Assembly: GCA_963797275.1 (NCBI GenBank)
Contig: CAWCOT010000006.1
Span: 163,469-227,468 of the forward strand
DNA from: an uncultured Chloroflexia bacterium
Lineage (GTDB): Bacteria; Chloroflexota; Anaerolineae; Anaerolineales; UBA11579
DNA length: 64,000 nucleotides
Reading direction: 5' to 3'
The notes beneath the pieces are model-generated. The model saw only the letters and a list, made by a program, of their open reading frames with translations, was not told the DNA's origin and ran no database searches. Shown here in pieces: positions 8,636 to 17,479 of this stretch (the first letter of the stretch is position 1; every line of letters starts with the position of its first letter). Position numbers and translations under genes: made by a program.

Positions 8636-8932
8636 ATGGTCCGCGTCAAACTCCCCTATCACCTGCAAAACCTGGCCGGTGCCGGCCCGGAAGTTGAGGT
8701 CAGCGTCCAAGGCGAAGTTACCGCCGCCTCCATCCTGGATGCGCTGGAAGCCCAATACCCCATGCTGCGCGGCACCATCCGCGAGCATGGCAGCGGCCGG
8801 CGCCGTGCCTACCTGCGCTTCTTCGCCTGCAAAGAAGACCTGTCGCACCAGCCGCTGGATACGCCTTTGCCGACCGAGGTGGCAGAAGGCAAAGAACCCT
8901 TTATGGTGGTGGGGGCCATTGCAGGGGGATAG
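8636..8932 (+). CDS. MoaD/ThiS family ubiquitin-like sulfur-carrier protein (C-terminal Gly-Gly)
   Basis: 98 aa from the internal ATG, MVRVKLPYHLQNLAG...FMVVGAIAGG-stop. Size, beta-grasp-like pattern and the terminal GG all fit. Confidence 0.7.
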   Translation: MVRVKLPYHLQNLAGAGPEVEVSVQGEVTAASILDALEAQYPMLRGTIREHGSGRRRAYLRFFACKEDLSHQPLDTPLPTEVAEGKEPFMVVGAIAGG

Positions 8933-9006
8933 CAAGTGTCAAACGTAACCCAACACTAGGGACGGGGGATGGTGGATAGTCAAACCACAACAGCTAAAAT
9001 AAGCCC

Positions 9007-11148
9007 GTGCCTGCCCCCAAAAAACTCAACGCTTTCTTCCGCCCCAAATCGGTGGCGCTGATTGGCGCCTCCTCCGACCCCTCCAAGCTTGGCTACGCGG
9101 TGATGCGCAACCTGGTGGAATGCGGCTATTCCCGCTTCGGCAAGATCTATCCGATTAACCCCAAGGCCGGGGAAATCCTGGGCGAAGAGGCTTTCCCTTC
9201 CGTGCTGGAAGTCAAAGAGCCTATCGAGCTGGGCGTCATCGTCATCCCGGCCAAATACGTTGCCGACGCCTTGCGTGAATGCGGCGAAAAGGGCATTAAG
9301 GCGTGCATCGTCATCTCGGCCGGCTTCCGCGAGGCTGGCCCTGAGGGCGTAGAGCGCGAGCATGAGATCATCCGCATCGCCAAGCAGTATGGCATGCGCC
9401 TGATCGGCCCCAACGTACTCGGCGTGGTGGACACCTTTACGCCGCTCAATGCTTCCTTCGCCGCCGATACGCCACCCAAAGGCCCCATGGCCTTCAGTTC
9501 GCAGTCCGGCGCCCTGGGCGCCGCCATCCTGGATTGGGCGCTGGGCGGAAACATGGGCCTCTCCAAGTTCGTCAGCTTGGGGAACAAGGCCGACGTCACT
9601 GAACTGGACCTCTTGGAAGAGTGGAAAGACGATGATGAATCGCGCGTCATCCTGCTCTACAGTGAGGAGTTGACCGACGGGCAGAAATTTATGCAAATCG
9701 CCCGTGAAGTCTCCAAGGTCAAACCCATCGTAGCCATCAAATCCGGCACCACTCAGGCCGGGGCGCGAGCCGTGTCTTCGCACACGGGCTCGCTGGCCGG
9801 CTCGGAGCAGGCCTACCGGGCGGCCTTCCGCCAGGCAGGCGTGATCCGCGCCAATTCCATGCAGGAATTATTCGACATGGCCCTGGCTTTTGGCTTCCAG
9901 CCCCCGCTGGCCGGCAAGCAGATTGCCGTGATCACCAACGCCGGCGGCCCGGGCATCCTGGCCACAGATGCGCTGGAACATTACGGGCTGCAGCTGGCCC
10001 ACCTGGAGCCCAGCACCATCCAGGCGTTGGCGCAGACGCTGCCGCCAGCGGCCAGCCCCAACAACCCCGTGGACGTATTGGGTGATGCGCACGCCGACCG
10101 CTACCAGGCGGCCCTGGAACTGGTGGCCGCCGATCCCCACGTGGACGGCATGCTGGTGGTGCTAACCCCACAAGCCATGACCGAAATCGAAGCCACCGCC
10201 GACGTAGTCGCCGCGGCTGCCAAGAAACTGAACAAGCCCGTGCTGGCCTGCTTTATGGGTGCCCTCCGCGTGCAACCCGGCATTGATAAGTTGATGAATG
10301 CGGGTATCCCGAATTATCCCTTCCCCAATCGCGCCGCCCAAGCCTTCTGGGCCATGGCGCAATACCACGAGATCTGCCAGCAGCCTGAGCCTGAATATGC
10401 GCATTTCGACATTGACCGGGCCGCCGTGCAGGCCGCCATCGACAAGGCCCGTTCCGAAGGGCGGCTGAGCATCGGCGACGCCGAATCGCGGGCCATTTTG
10501 CAGGCCTGCGGCCTGCGCATACCGCGTGCCGAGATCGCCCCTACCGCTGACCGCGCCGTGGAACTGGCCGGCCAGATCGGCTACCCGGTGGTGCTCAAGA
10601 TCGCCTCTCCCGACATCCTGCACAAGACGGATGTGGGCGGCGTCAAGATTGGGCTGCAAAGCGACGAAGAAGTGCGCGATGCCTTCGAACTGATGATGTA
10701 CCGCGTGCAGCGCTATTTGCCCGAGGCGCGCCTGTGGGGCTGCCTTGTGCAGGAGATGCTTTCGGGGGACAATCTGGAAGTGCTGATCGGCATGAACCGC
10801 GACCCGCAGTTTGGGCCGCTGGTCACCTTCGGGCTGGGCGGCATCTACGTGGAGACGCTCAAAGACGTTACCTTCCGCATCGCTCCCTTCTCCAAGCGCG
10901 ACGCCGAGGACATGTTGGCGGAAATTCGCACCAGCGCCCTGCTGGACGGGGTGCGCGGCCAGCCGCCCGCAGACAAGCCCGCCATTGCGGATGCGCTGCT
11001 GCGCATCGGGCAATTAGTACAAGATTTCCCCGAAATCGTAGAACTGGATATCAATCCCCTGGTGGTCTTCTCTAAATCCAATGGAGCCATGGCCATAGAC
11101 ATGCGCCTGGTGCTTGACGGCAGCCAGGCTACAGGAGCGCCAAAATGA
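9007..11148 (+). CDS. ADP-forming acetate--CoA ligase family protein (fused alpha/beta, CoA-binding plus ATP-grasp)
   Basis: 713 aa with a GTG start. FRPKSVALIGAS is the CoA-binding N-terminus. SSHTGSLAG is the phosphohistidine-loop-like motif. The C-terminal ATP-grasp region reads YPVVLKIASPDILHKTDVGGV. Confidence 0.85.
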   Translation: MPAPKKLNAFFRPKSVALIGASSDPSKLGYAVMRNLVECGYSRFGKIYPINPKAGEILGEEAFPSVLEVKEPIELGVIVIPAKYVADALRECGEKGIKACIVISAGFREAGPEGVEREHEIIRIAKQYGMRLIGPNVLGVVDTFTPLNASFAADTPPKGPMAFSSQSGALGAAILDWALGGNMGLSKFVSLGNKADVTELDLLEEWKDDDESRVILLYSEELTDGQKFMQIAREVSKVKPIVAIKSGTTQAGARAVSSHTGSLAGSEQAYRAAFRQAGVIRANSMQELFDMALAFGFQPPLAGKQIAVITNAGGPGILATDALEHYGLQLAHLEPSTIQALAQTLPPAASPNNPVDVLGDAHADRYQAALELVAADPHVDGMLVVLTPQAMTEIEATADVVAAAAKKLNKPVLACFMGALRVQPGIDKLMNAGIPNYPFPNRAAQAFWAMAQYHEICQQPEPEYAHFDIDRAAVQAAIDKARSEGRLSIGDAESRAILQACGLRIPRAEIAPTADRAVELAGQIGYPVVLKIASPDILHKTDVGGVKIGLQSDEEVRDAFELMMYRVQRYLPEARLWGCLVQEMLSGDNLEVLIGMNRDPQFGPLVTFGLGGIYVETLKDVTFRIAPFSKRDAEDMLAEIRTSALLDGVRGQPPADKPAIADALLRIGQLVQDFPEIVELDINPLVVFSKSNGAMAIDMRLVLDGSQATGAPK

Positions 11149-12212
11149 AATCGATTTACATTACTTCCGTAGAACGCTACTCAGGCAAGACGGCCACCTG
11201 CCTGGCGCTGAGCAAGCGCCTGATCGCCGACGGACGCCAGGTTGGCTATTTCAAGCCGCTCAGCCTGCAGCCCTGGCGTATCGGCGACAAATGGGCCGAC
11301 GAGGATGCCGCCTTCGTGAACGATGTGCTGCATCTAGGCATCCAACCCTGGGAAATCTCGCCGGTAGTGGTGACGCGGGAATACCTGAGCGAGCAGCTGA
11401 CGGAAGGCAAAGACGCTAACCCCATGCAAGCCGTCAAGCAATCGCTCGAACGGGCCGCCAAAGGCAAAGACCTGGTCATCCTGGAAGGCGGCGGCAGCCT
11501 GCGCGAAGGCTATGTGGTGGGTCTGCCCACCCCTCAGGTGGCCGCTGAGATCGGCAGCGACGTGCTGGCTATTGTGAAGTATCGAGACGAGGTGCGCCTG
11601 CTGGATGACGCCCTCACCACGCAGCGGCGTCTGGGCGACCTGTTGCGCGGCATTATCATCAACCGCTTGCCTGAAGATGCCGCCGGTTTTGTGTACGACG
11701 AAGCAGTCCCCTTCCTGGAAAGGAAGGGTATCCCCGTGATGGGAGCTCTTCCGGAAAACCGCGCCCTGGGTGCCATCTCGGTGCAAGAGATCTTGGACGT
11801 GGTCGGCGGCGAGATGCTCTCCGACACCTACGACCCCGAAGCGTTGGTGGAAAACCTTACCGTAGGGGCGATGACATCCGAAGCCGCGCTGAGCCATTTC
11901 CGCAAGATGCCCAATAAAGCTGTGATTACCGGGGGAGATCGCCCGGATATTCAGGTTGCCGCCCTGGAAACTTCCACGGTGTGCCTGATCCTCACCGGAA
12001 ACCTGCGCCCCCACCCGCTGATCCTAAAGCAGGCCAACGAGTCCAAGGTAGCGGTCATCATCGTCCCGGAAACCACCCTGGAGACCATCGAGGCCATCGA
12101 CCAGATATTTGGCAAGACCCGTTTGGCGCAACTGGCCAAGCTGGAAAAGTTTCAGGCCTTATTCGAAAAACATGTGGATGTCGAGCGCTTGTATAAGGCG
12201 CTGGGCCTGTAA
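11145..12212 (+). CDS. phosphotransacetylase N-terminal-like protein (BioD-like P-loop plus DRTGG domain)
   Basis: MKSIYITSVERYSGKTATCLAL...GYFKP followed by VITGGDRPDIQ (DRTGG-type). ATGA start/stop overlap with the upstream ligase. Confidence 0.7.
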   Translation: MKSIYITSVERYSGKTATCLALSKRLIADGRQVGYFKPLSLQPWRIGDKWADEDAAFVNDVLHLGIQPWEISPVVVTREYLSEQLTEGKDANPMQAVKQSLERAAKGKDLVILEGGGSLREGYVVGLPTPQVAAEIGSDVLAIVKYRDEVRLLDDALTTQRRLGDLLRGIIINRLPEDAAGFVYDEAVPFLERKGIPVMGALPENRALGAISVQEILDVVGGEMLSDTYDPEALVENLTVGAMTSEAALSHFRKMPNKAVITGGDRPDIQVAALETSTVCLILTGNLRPHPLILKQANESKVAVIIVPETTLETIEAIDQIFGKTRLAQLAKLEKFQALFEKHVDVERLYKALGL

Positions 12213-12223
12213 ACGCAGCCCTT

Positions 12224-13034
12224 TCAAGAAGCAATAAATTCGAGCACCTGGCGAATCACGTCAGGGTCTTTGAGTGTGCCGCGGTGGCCCAGGCCATGCG
12301 TGGTAATCAGGCGGGCGCTGGGCCAGGCGCGCGCCACGGCCACACCGCTGAGGTAGGGCGTGGTCTCGTCATCCCGGTCATGGATGACCAAGCGCGGGGA
12401 TACTTACCTTGGGCACCACTATGTCCAGGGCGGTGGTTTCCCATACGCGGGCGCCCCAGTATTTTTCGCAGAGGCTGCGCAATTCGGGTACCAGCTCCAA
12501 GGGCAGATGGTTAAATTTGACGAACGGCTCGATCACGTCCTCCAGTCGTCGCGTTGGTCCAAAGAAGACCAGCTTCTCAGCCGCCAACCAGTCCTGCAAA
12601 GCCAGGGCTACCGCCATCGTGCCCAGCGAATGGGCAATGATGGCATACGGCTGGCCGAGCCCGCCAAGCACGGTGTGTATGGCGGCCGCCATCTGGTAGC
12701 CGCTGGCCTGGGTACCCGGCACATCCCCATGGGAGGGCGCGTCGAAGCTGGCAACGGAAAAGCCGGCTGCCACCAGCGGGTCGGCGAAAGCGGCTAGTTG
12801 GCCGCGATGGCCGCCCCAGCCGTGCATCAGGAATACCAGCGGCTGGGCGGCATTTCCCCAGGTAGTGACCGGCAGGTCAAATTCGCCTTCTGGCTTGACT
12901 GGGCTGCTGAAATGCAGCATGGTCGTTTCCCCGGCATTGATCAGCCGCCGCTCGCGCTTGGAGATGGGCAGCCGCGGCACCTGGAGCCACAAGTTCAGGG
13001 CTTCTTCGGCAGATACAGTTTGAGTGGAGTCCAA
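12224..13034 (-). CDS. alpha/beta hydrolase, apparent 1-nt frameshift near 12388-12389
   Basis: HGWGGHRGQ and the AHSLG nucleophile elbow are present. After IPAL the adjacent frame reads VIHDRDDETTPY...THGLGHRGTLKDPDVIRQVLEFIAS-stop, carrying the catalytic Asp and His regions. Confidence 0.8.
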
Positions 13035-13036
13035 TG

Positions 13037-13378
13037 CTATTCCTGCAAAGTTACCTTGAGGCCCATGCGCCCTTCATGGGTGTGCACCACCTCATAGTGG
13101 GTGGCGTAATTATCAAAGCTGACCATCATGGCTTGCACTTCGCCGGGCACCACAGCCAGTTCGGCGTCATCCCCTGCGAACTGCTTGATGGCGTTTACAG
13201 ATTCCCATTCGGTAAGGACCAGGAATTCAACCCCCGCTTCGACATAACGTTGTGAAATGGTAGCGCGCTCAAATCCCTGTATGCGCGACACCGCGGGAAA
13301 AGTGACGGTCTTCAGGTGCTGGACGTAATTATCTGCCTGATCCGCCTTGGCAATACCCTTCCAGGTTCTAAGAATCAT
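13037..13378 (-). CDS. ABM/Dabb-like (antibiotic biosynthesis monooxygenase fold) protein
   Basis: 113 aa from an ATG preceded by GGAGG, MILRTWKGIAKADQADNYVQHL...LVLTEWESVNAIKQFAG. Confidence 0.55.
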   Translation of the reverse strand: MILRTWKGIAKADQADNYVQHLKTVTFPAVSRIQGFERATISQRYVEAGVEFLVLTEWESVNAIKQFAGDDAELAVVPGEVQAMMVSFDNYATHYEVVHTHEGRMGLKVTLQE

Positions 13379-13722
13379 AGGTCCTCCATTTATTTTAAGC
13401 GGATTTATCATACCTGTTCAGAACGTATCGAAATACCCGCGTCAGTTCCGCCATCAAAGCCTCAATCGAATCGGAATTAAACAAAATCTCATTAAACCTG
13501 TAAACGGCTTTCTCAGAACCGATCACGTTCTCAATCATAAATAAAACCACGGGGGGGTTGCTGCCTGTGATGTTCGAGTTTCTGGTTTAGTTTGAGCTGG
13601 CCCTTGAGGCAGGCCGAAAGGGTCATTGTGTCTTGGCATAGTAAGCAGGCGTAATAGCTCGAATGTTGCCAGCGGCTATTTAGGCTGGCATAGTTGCAAA
13701 ACAACAAACGGCACTCAATAGC

Positions 13723-14322
13723 CTATCTCAAGGGGCTCAGGAATTCCCACAATGAGGCGATCAATAAAATGGGGACGACCAGGACAAATATTCTCAGGAG
13801 GTCCTTCAAAGGCTCGGTGGGCATTCCAAGCCATTTATCGCCCGCATAGTAAAGGCGCGGCCGCCATAGTGAGAGGCCCACGTTCACACCGGCGCCGGCC
13901 GCCAGGGTGTAGCCGGCCAATTGAAGGGCGACCACAGAAAGATAATAGGCGGCGCTACCCGCTTCGGCGAGGCGGCTGATGTGGCTGCCGTCCACCGACA
14001 CAATTCCGCCCACCCAACCACGATATGCAACAAAGGGAAATGGGAAAACCACACCCAGGCCGCCGAGTGCATCCGCCGTGGCGCCAATGAAATTTCCAGA
14101 AAAGTCGCCCAAGGCCATGGATAACGCGTCGGGCTGGGCCATTTCAGGTCCCACCTGGGCTGCCGCGACGATCCGATCGCGAACCGAAAGGGCGAACGAG
14201 TTGCCGGAATGCGCCATCAGCGCGCCGGTAGTAACGGCCAGAAAGTAAATAGAGCCAACGGCAGCGATCGGCCCACGGGCCCGGTGCACAGCGCGAAGGA
14301 TCGAAGATAAAAACATTTTCAT
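13723..14322 (-). CDS. SpoIIM-like/DUF95 family integral membrane protein
   Basis: 199 aa and multi-pass hydrophobic. The overall pattern (N-terminal helix, FxG..., C-terminal LWEFL) resembles the SpoIIM family. The assignment is tentative. Confidence 0.5.
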   Translation of the reverse strand: MKMFLSSILRAVHRARGPIAAVGSIYFLAVTTGALMAHSGNSFALSVRDRIVAAAQVGPEMAQPDALSMALGDFSGNFIGATADALGGLGVVFPFPFVAYRGWVGGIVSVDGSHISRLAEAGSAAYYLSVVALQLAGYTLAAGAGVNVGLSLWRPRLYYAGDKWLGMPTEPLKDLLRIFVLVVPILLIASLWEFLSPLR

Positions 14323-14367
14323 TGGGGCAGCCTTTGGAAAAAAACGACGGTCGTTGGACCGCCGTTG

Positions 14368-14442
14368 TGGGCGCGATGAGGACTCGAACCTACGACCTTT
14401 GCGATGTCAACGCAACGCTCTAACCAGCTGAGCTACGCGCCC
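14368..14442 (-). tRNA. tRNA-Val (anticodon GAC)
   Basis: Reverse complement is GGGCGCGTAGCTCAGCTGGTTAGAGCGTTGCGTTGACATCGCAAAGGTCGTAGGTTCGAGTCCTCATCGCGCCCA. It folds as a cloverleaf with anticodon loop TTGACAT and T-arm GGTTCGAGTCC. CCA is not encoded. Confidence 0.95.
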
Positions 14443-14452
14443 GGGTTGCGGA

Positions 14453-16345
14453 TTATATCTGATTCTCCTCGGCCCACAAGGCCAGGCAGGCCAACGCCCA
14501 GAGGCGCTTGCCGTGGTCCTGCTTGCCTGCTCCATGTTCGGCTAGCAAATGCACCAAGGCGTCGCGCTGGAACCAGGAGGCTAGGCGGCCATTCGACGCC
14601 AACAACGTTTCATGGATCCAGCTCTGCAGCGGGCCGCGCAGCCAGGCGCCCACGGGAATGCCAAAACCCTGTTTGCCGTGGCCTTGCACCTCGGCAGGAA
14701 GCAGGTGGGAAAACGCCTTGCGCAGCAAGAACTTGCCGCGCCGGCCGCGCAGCTTATAGCTTTCCGGCAACTTGGCTGCCCACGAAACCAGCTCTTGGTC
14801 CAGGAAGGGTGAACGCCCTTCCAGCGAATGAGCCATGGTCATGCGGTCGGCCTTGACCAGCAGGTCACCGGCCAGGTAACTCTTGATGTCCGTGTACAGC
14901 GTGCGGTCCAACCGCGATTGCGCCGGAGCGCTGTCGTAGATGGCCGCCATTTCTCTTTCGGCGTTAGTCATATCGACTTGTACGGATATATCTGGCCGCC
15001 AAAGGCCGGCCTTCTGTTCGGGGGAAAAATAGGAGCCCCAGCGCAGCAGCGAAGCGCGCGGGTCGATCTGGGCCAGTTGCGGCAAGCGCTTTAAGCCGTT
15101 GGCCAGGCTGCTACCCACCGGGCCATTGCTGCGGTCAGGCAGCGCTGCAGCTAAAGAAGGCACCAGGCGGCGCGTCACCACATCCGGCAAATGCAAATAA
15201 GAGTTTGCATAGCCATCCAACCAATAGCGCTGGTAACCCGCAAAGGATTCGTCCCCGCCGTCGCCGTTGAGGACGACGGTGACATGCTCGCGGGTAACCT
15301 GTGAAAGCAAGTAAAGCGGCAAGGCCGAAGGGTCGGCAAATGGCTCCCCAAATTGATGCAACACGGTTCGCAGCGTGGATGGAATGTCTCCGAAACTCAG
15401 GTTGAATTCGTGGTGGTCTGTGGCGTAGCGCTCGGCAACGGCGCGAGCATAAGGCAGCTCAGAAAAATTGGTCTCCTCGAAGCCAACTGAGAAGGTCTTC
15501 ACCGGCCCGGCGCTGGCTTCAGCCATTAGAGCCACGATAATGCTGGAATCAATTCCGCCGCTAAGATGAGCCCCTAAGGGAACCTCACTCATCAGGCGCA
15601 TGCGCACCGCGTCCCTGGCGATCGAGCGCAATTCTTCAATCAGCTCGCCTTCGCTGGCCGTGTGTTTGGGTTCGTAGGCAAAATCCCAGTAGGGCTCGAT
15701 CTTCAAGTCGCCTTTATGCCAAACCAGCCGGTGGGCGGCGCTCAGCTTGTAAACACCCTTGTACACAGTGCGCGGTTCCGGGATGTATTGCAAGCCTAGG
15801 TAATCGTCTATGCTTTGCAAGTCAATTTCGGGTTTATGGGGCAGCACGCTCAACAAAGCACTTAGCTCGGAAGCAAAATACAAGCGTCCATCCATCATCG
15901 TGTAATGGATAGGTTTCTGGCCCAGGCGGTCGCGCCCCAGCAGCAGGCGTTGCCGATTGGAATCCCACAGCGCGAACGCGAACTGTCCACGCAGATATTG
16001 AACGCAGTCGTCGCCATATTCTTCGTATAGATGGACTACGCATTCAGTATCGGTGTTGGTGCTGAACTGATGGCCCTGTTTTTCCAGATTGGAGCGCAAC
16101 TGGGTGTAATTGAAACATTCCCCGTTGTAAACAATGACGATGGAATTGTCTTCGTTGAATATGGGCTGGTCGCCGCCGGCCACATCGATAATAGCGAGGC
16201 GACGCATGGCCAAGCCAGCGCCCCCCTGCTCGTAATAACCCTGGTCGTCGGGGCCGCGATGCTGGATGGCCGTGTTTAGGCGGCGTAGGATGGCAGCATC
16301 CGGCTGGCGCCCGGCGCTATCCACAATACCGCAAATACCACACAT
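14453..16345 (-). CDS. asnB: asparagine synthase (glutamine-hydrolysing) family amidotransferase
   Basis: MCGICGIV N-terminal nucleophile and the SGGIDSS PP-loop, 630 aa. Its position in a glycan locus suggests a sugar-amidating paralog. Confidence 0.85.
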   Translation of the reverse strand: MCGICGIVDSAGRQPDAAILRRLNTAIQHRGPDDQGYYEQGGAGLAMRRLAIIDVAGGDQPIFNEDNSIVIVYNGECFNYTQLRSNLEKQGHQFSTNTDTECVVHLYEEYGDDCVQYLRGQFAFALWDSNRQRLLLGRDRLGQKPIHYTMMDGRLYFASELSALLSVLPHKPEIDLQSIDDYLGLQYIPEPRTVYKGVYKLSAAHRLVWHKGDLKIEPYWDFAYEPKHTASEGELIEELRSIARDAVRMRLMSEVPLGAHLSGGIDSSIIVALMAEASAGPVKTFSVGFEETNFSELPYARAVAERYATDHHEFNLSFGDIPSTLRTVLHQFGEPFADPSALPLYLLSQVTREHVTVVLNGDGGDESFAGYQRYWLDGYANSYLHLPDVVTRRLVPSLAAALPDRSNGPVGSSLANGLKRLPQLAQIDPRASLLRWGSYFSPEQKAGLWRPDISVQVDMTNAEREMAAIYDSAPAQSRLDRTLYTDIKSYLAGDLLVKADRMTMAHSLEGRSPFLDQELVSWAAKLPESYKLRGRRGKFLLRKAFSHLLPAEVQGHGKQGFGIPVGAWLRGPLQSWIHETLLASNGRLASWFQRDALVHLLAEHGAGKQDHGKRLWALACLALWAEENQI

Positions 16346-17478
16346 CAGGTCGCTCCTGGCACTTTACGCATCAAAGCCAGGTACGCCTTAGCCGCGCCTG
16401 ACCAACTATATTCCGTCGCCGCACGTTGGCGGCCGGCGGCCCCCAAATTTTTCCTAAGCTGAGCGTCAGGCAGCAATTTCTCCAAAGCCGCCTGAAGAGC
16501 TTCAACATCTTCGGGAGGGACAAGCCGTCCGGTCTTCTCGGTGACGAGCTCTTCGTTGCCGGCAATGCGAGTGGCCAACACGGGCAGCCCACCAGCCATC
16601 GCCTCCAACACAGCGTTAGGCATCCCCTCATGACGGGATGGGTACACGAATAGATTTGCCTGCTGGAAGGTGGCAGCCAGGTTTGTGCGATCCTGCCATC
16701 CCAAAAAATTAGTTTTTTCTATGATACCCAGCCCCTGAGCGCGGCGTTTCAAGTTTTCCAGGTTGGGGCCATCCCCTGCGATTGCCAACTCCCAATCCAC
16801 TGCCTTTAGTTTAGCCAAAGCATCCAGCAGCAAATCCAACCCCTTTTGGAAAACGATACGGCCCACGAATAGCAGGCGGGGGGGCATCCAGGAGCGCTCC
16901 TCATCTTTAAAAGCTTGCATATCTACGCCGTTAGGAATAACCGACACCGGATGGCGGGCATCGAATTTATAAGCCAACTGGCGCAGGCCTTCACTGTTGG
17001 CCACTACAGCGCCAGCGCGCCGCCACACCTGGTGCAGCAACGGTCCCAGCAATCTGTGCTGGCGGGCAAAATCATAGGGGCGAAAACCTGGCACATCACC
17101 GCCGCGCAGGCTAACGACGTAAGGCAGTTTGAAAAAGAAACTCCATACCCAGGCAGCTACCCCGCTGGGTGCGCCAAAAAAGGCCAGTACTACGTCTGGC
17201 CGCAACCTGTGCACCCAAACCATCCCAAGGGTAGCGGCGGAGAGCATGAAGACGATCTGCTCAAAAGCTGTAGAGCGATCCGCCTTTTTGCGGACGCCGG
17301 GGAGACGAATGACGCCTACCCCATCGACTGTCTCTTCAAGAGACAACTTGTCAAAGGCCGTAGTGAGCACAGTAACCTGTTGGCCTTGTTTGACGAACTG
17401 AACCGCCAAGTGAGCGCTTGCATTGCTGGCACCACCTCCAATGGGTGGATATTCGCTGTTGACGATGAGGATATGCAT
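16345..17478 (-). CDS. glycosyltransferase family 4
   Basis: MHILIVNSEYPPIGGGA N-terminus and the C-terminal EGMPNAVLEAMAGGLPVLAT motif. Confidence 0.85.
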   Translation of the reverse strand: MHILIVNSEYPPIGGGASNASAHLAVQFVKQGQQVTVLTTAFDKLSLEETVDGVGVIRLPGVRKKADRSTAFEQIVFMLSAATLGMVWVHRLRPDVVLAFFGAPSGVAAWVWSFFFKLPYVVSLRGGDVPGFRPYDFARQHRLLGPLLHQVWRRAGAVVANSEGLRQLAYKFDARHPVSVIPNGVDMQAFKDEERSWMPPRLLFVGRIVFQKGLDLLLDALAKLKAVDWELAIAGDGPNLENLKRRAQGLGIIEKTNFLGWQDRTNLAATFQQANLFVYPSRHEGMPNAVLEAMAGGLPVLATRIAGNEELVTEKTGRLVPPEDVEALQAALEKLLPDAQLRKNLGAAGRQRAATEYSWSGAAKAYLALMRKVPGAT

Positions 17479-17479
17479 G

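Noticed and set aside
9147-12014. Multiple long antisense or out-of-frame ORFs inside the acetyl-CoA synthetase and DRTGG genes (for example 10162..11013 and 11334..12014). Similar cases lie inside clpC (39396..40010), rpsA (35190..35822), the Mo-enzyme (52821..53510), pirin (45442..46410), and the glycan genes (16915..17496, 19817..20527, 26224..26748, 27315..27881, 28569..29189).
   Set aside because: All overlap genes with strong family motifs on the other strand or frame. Their own translations are low-complexity Arg/Ala/Gly/Pro-rich sequences with no recognisable motifs.
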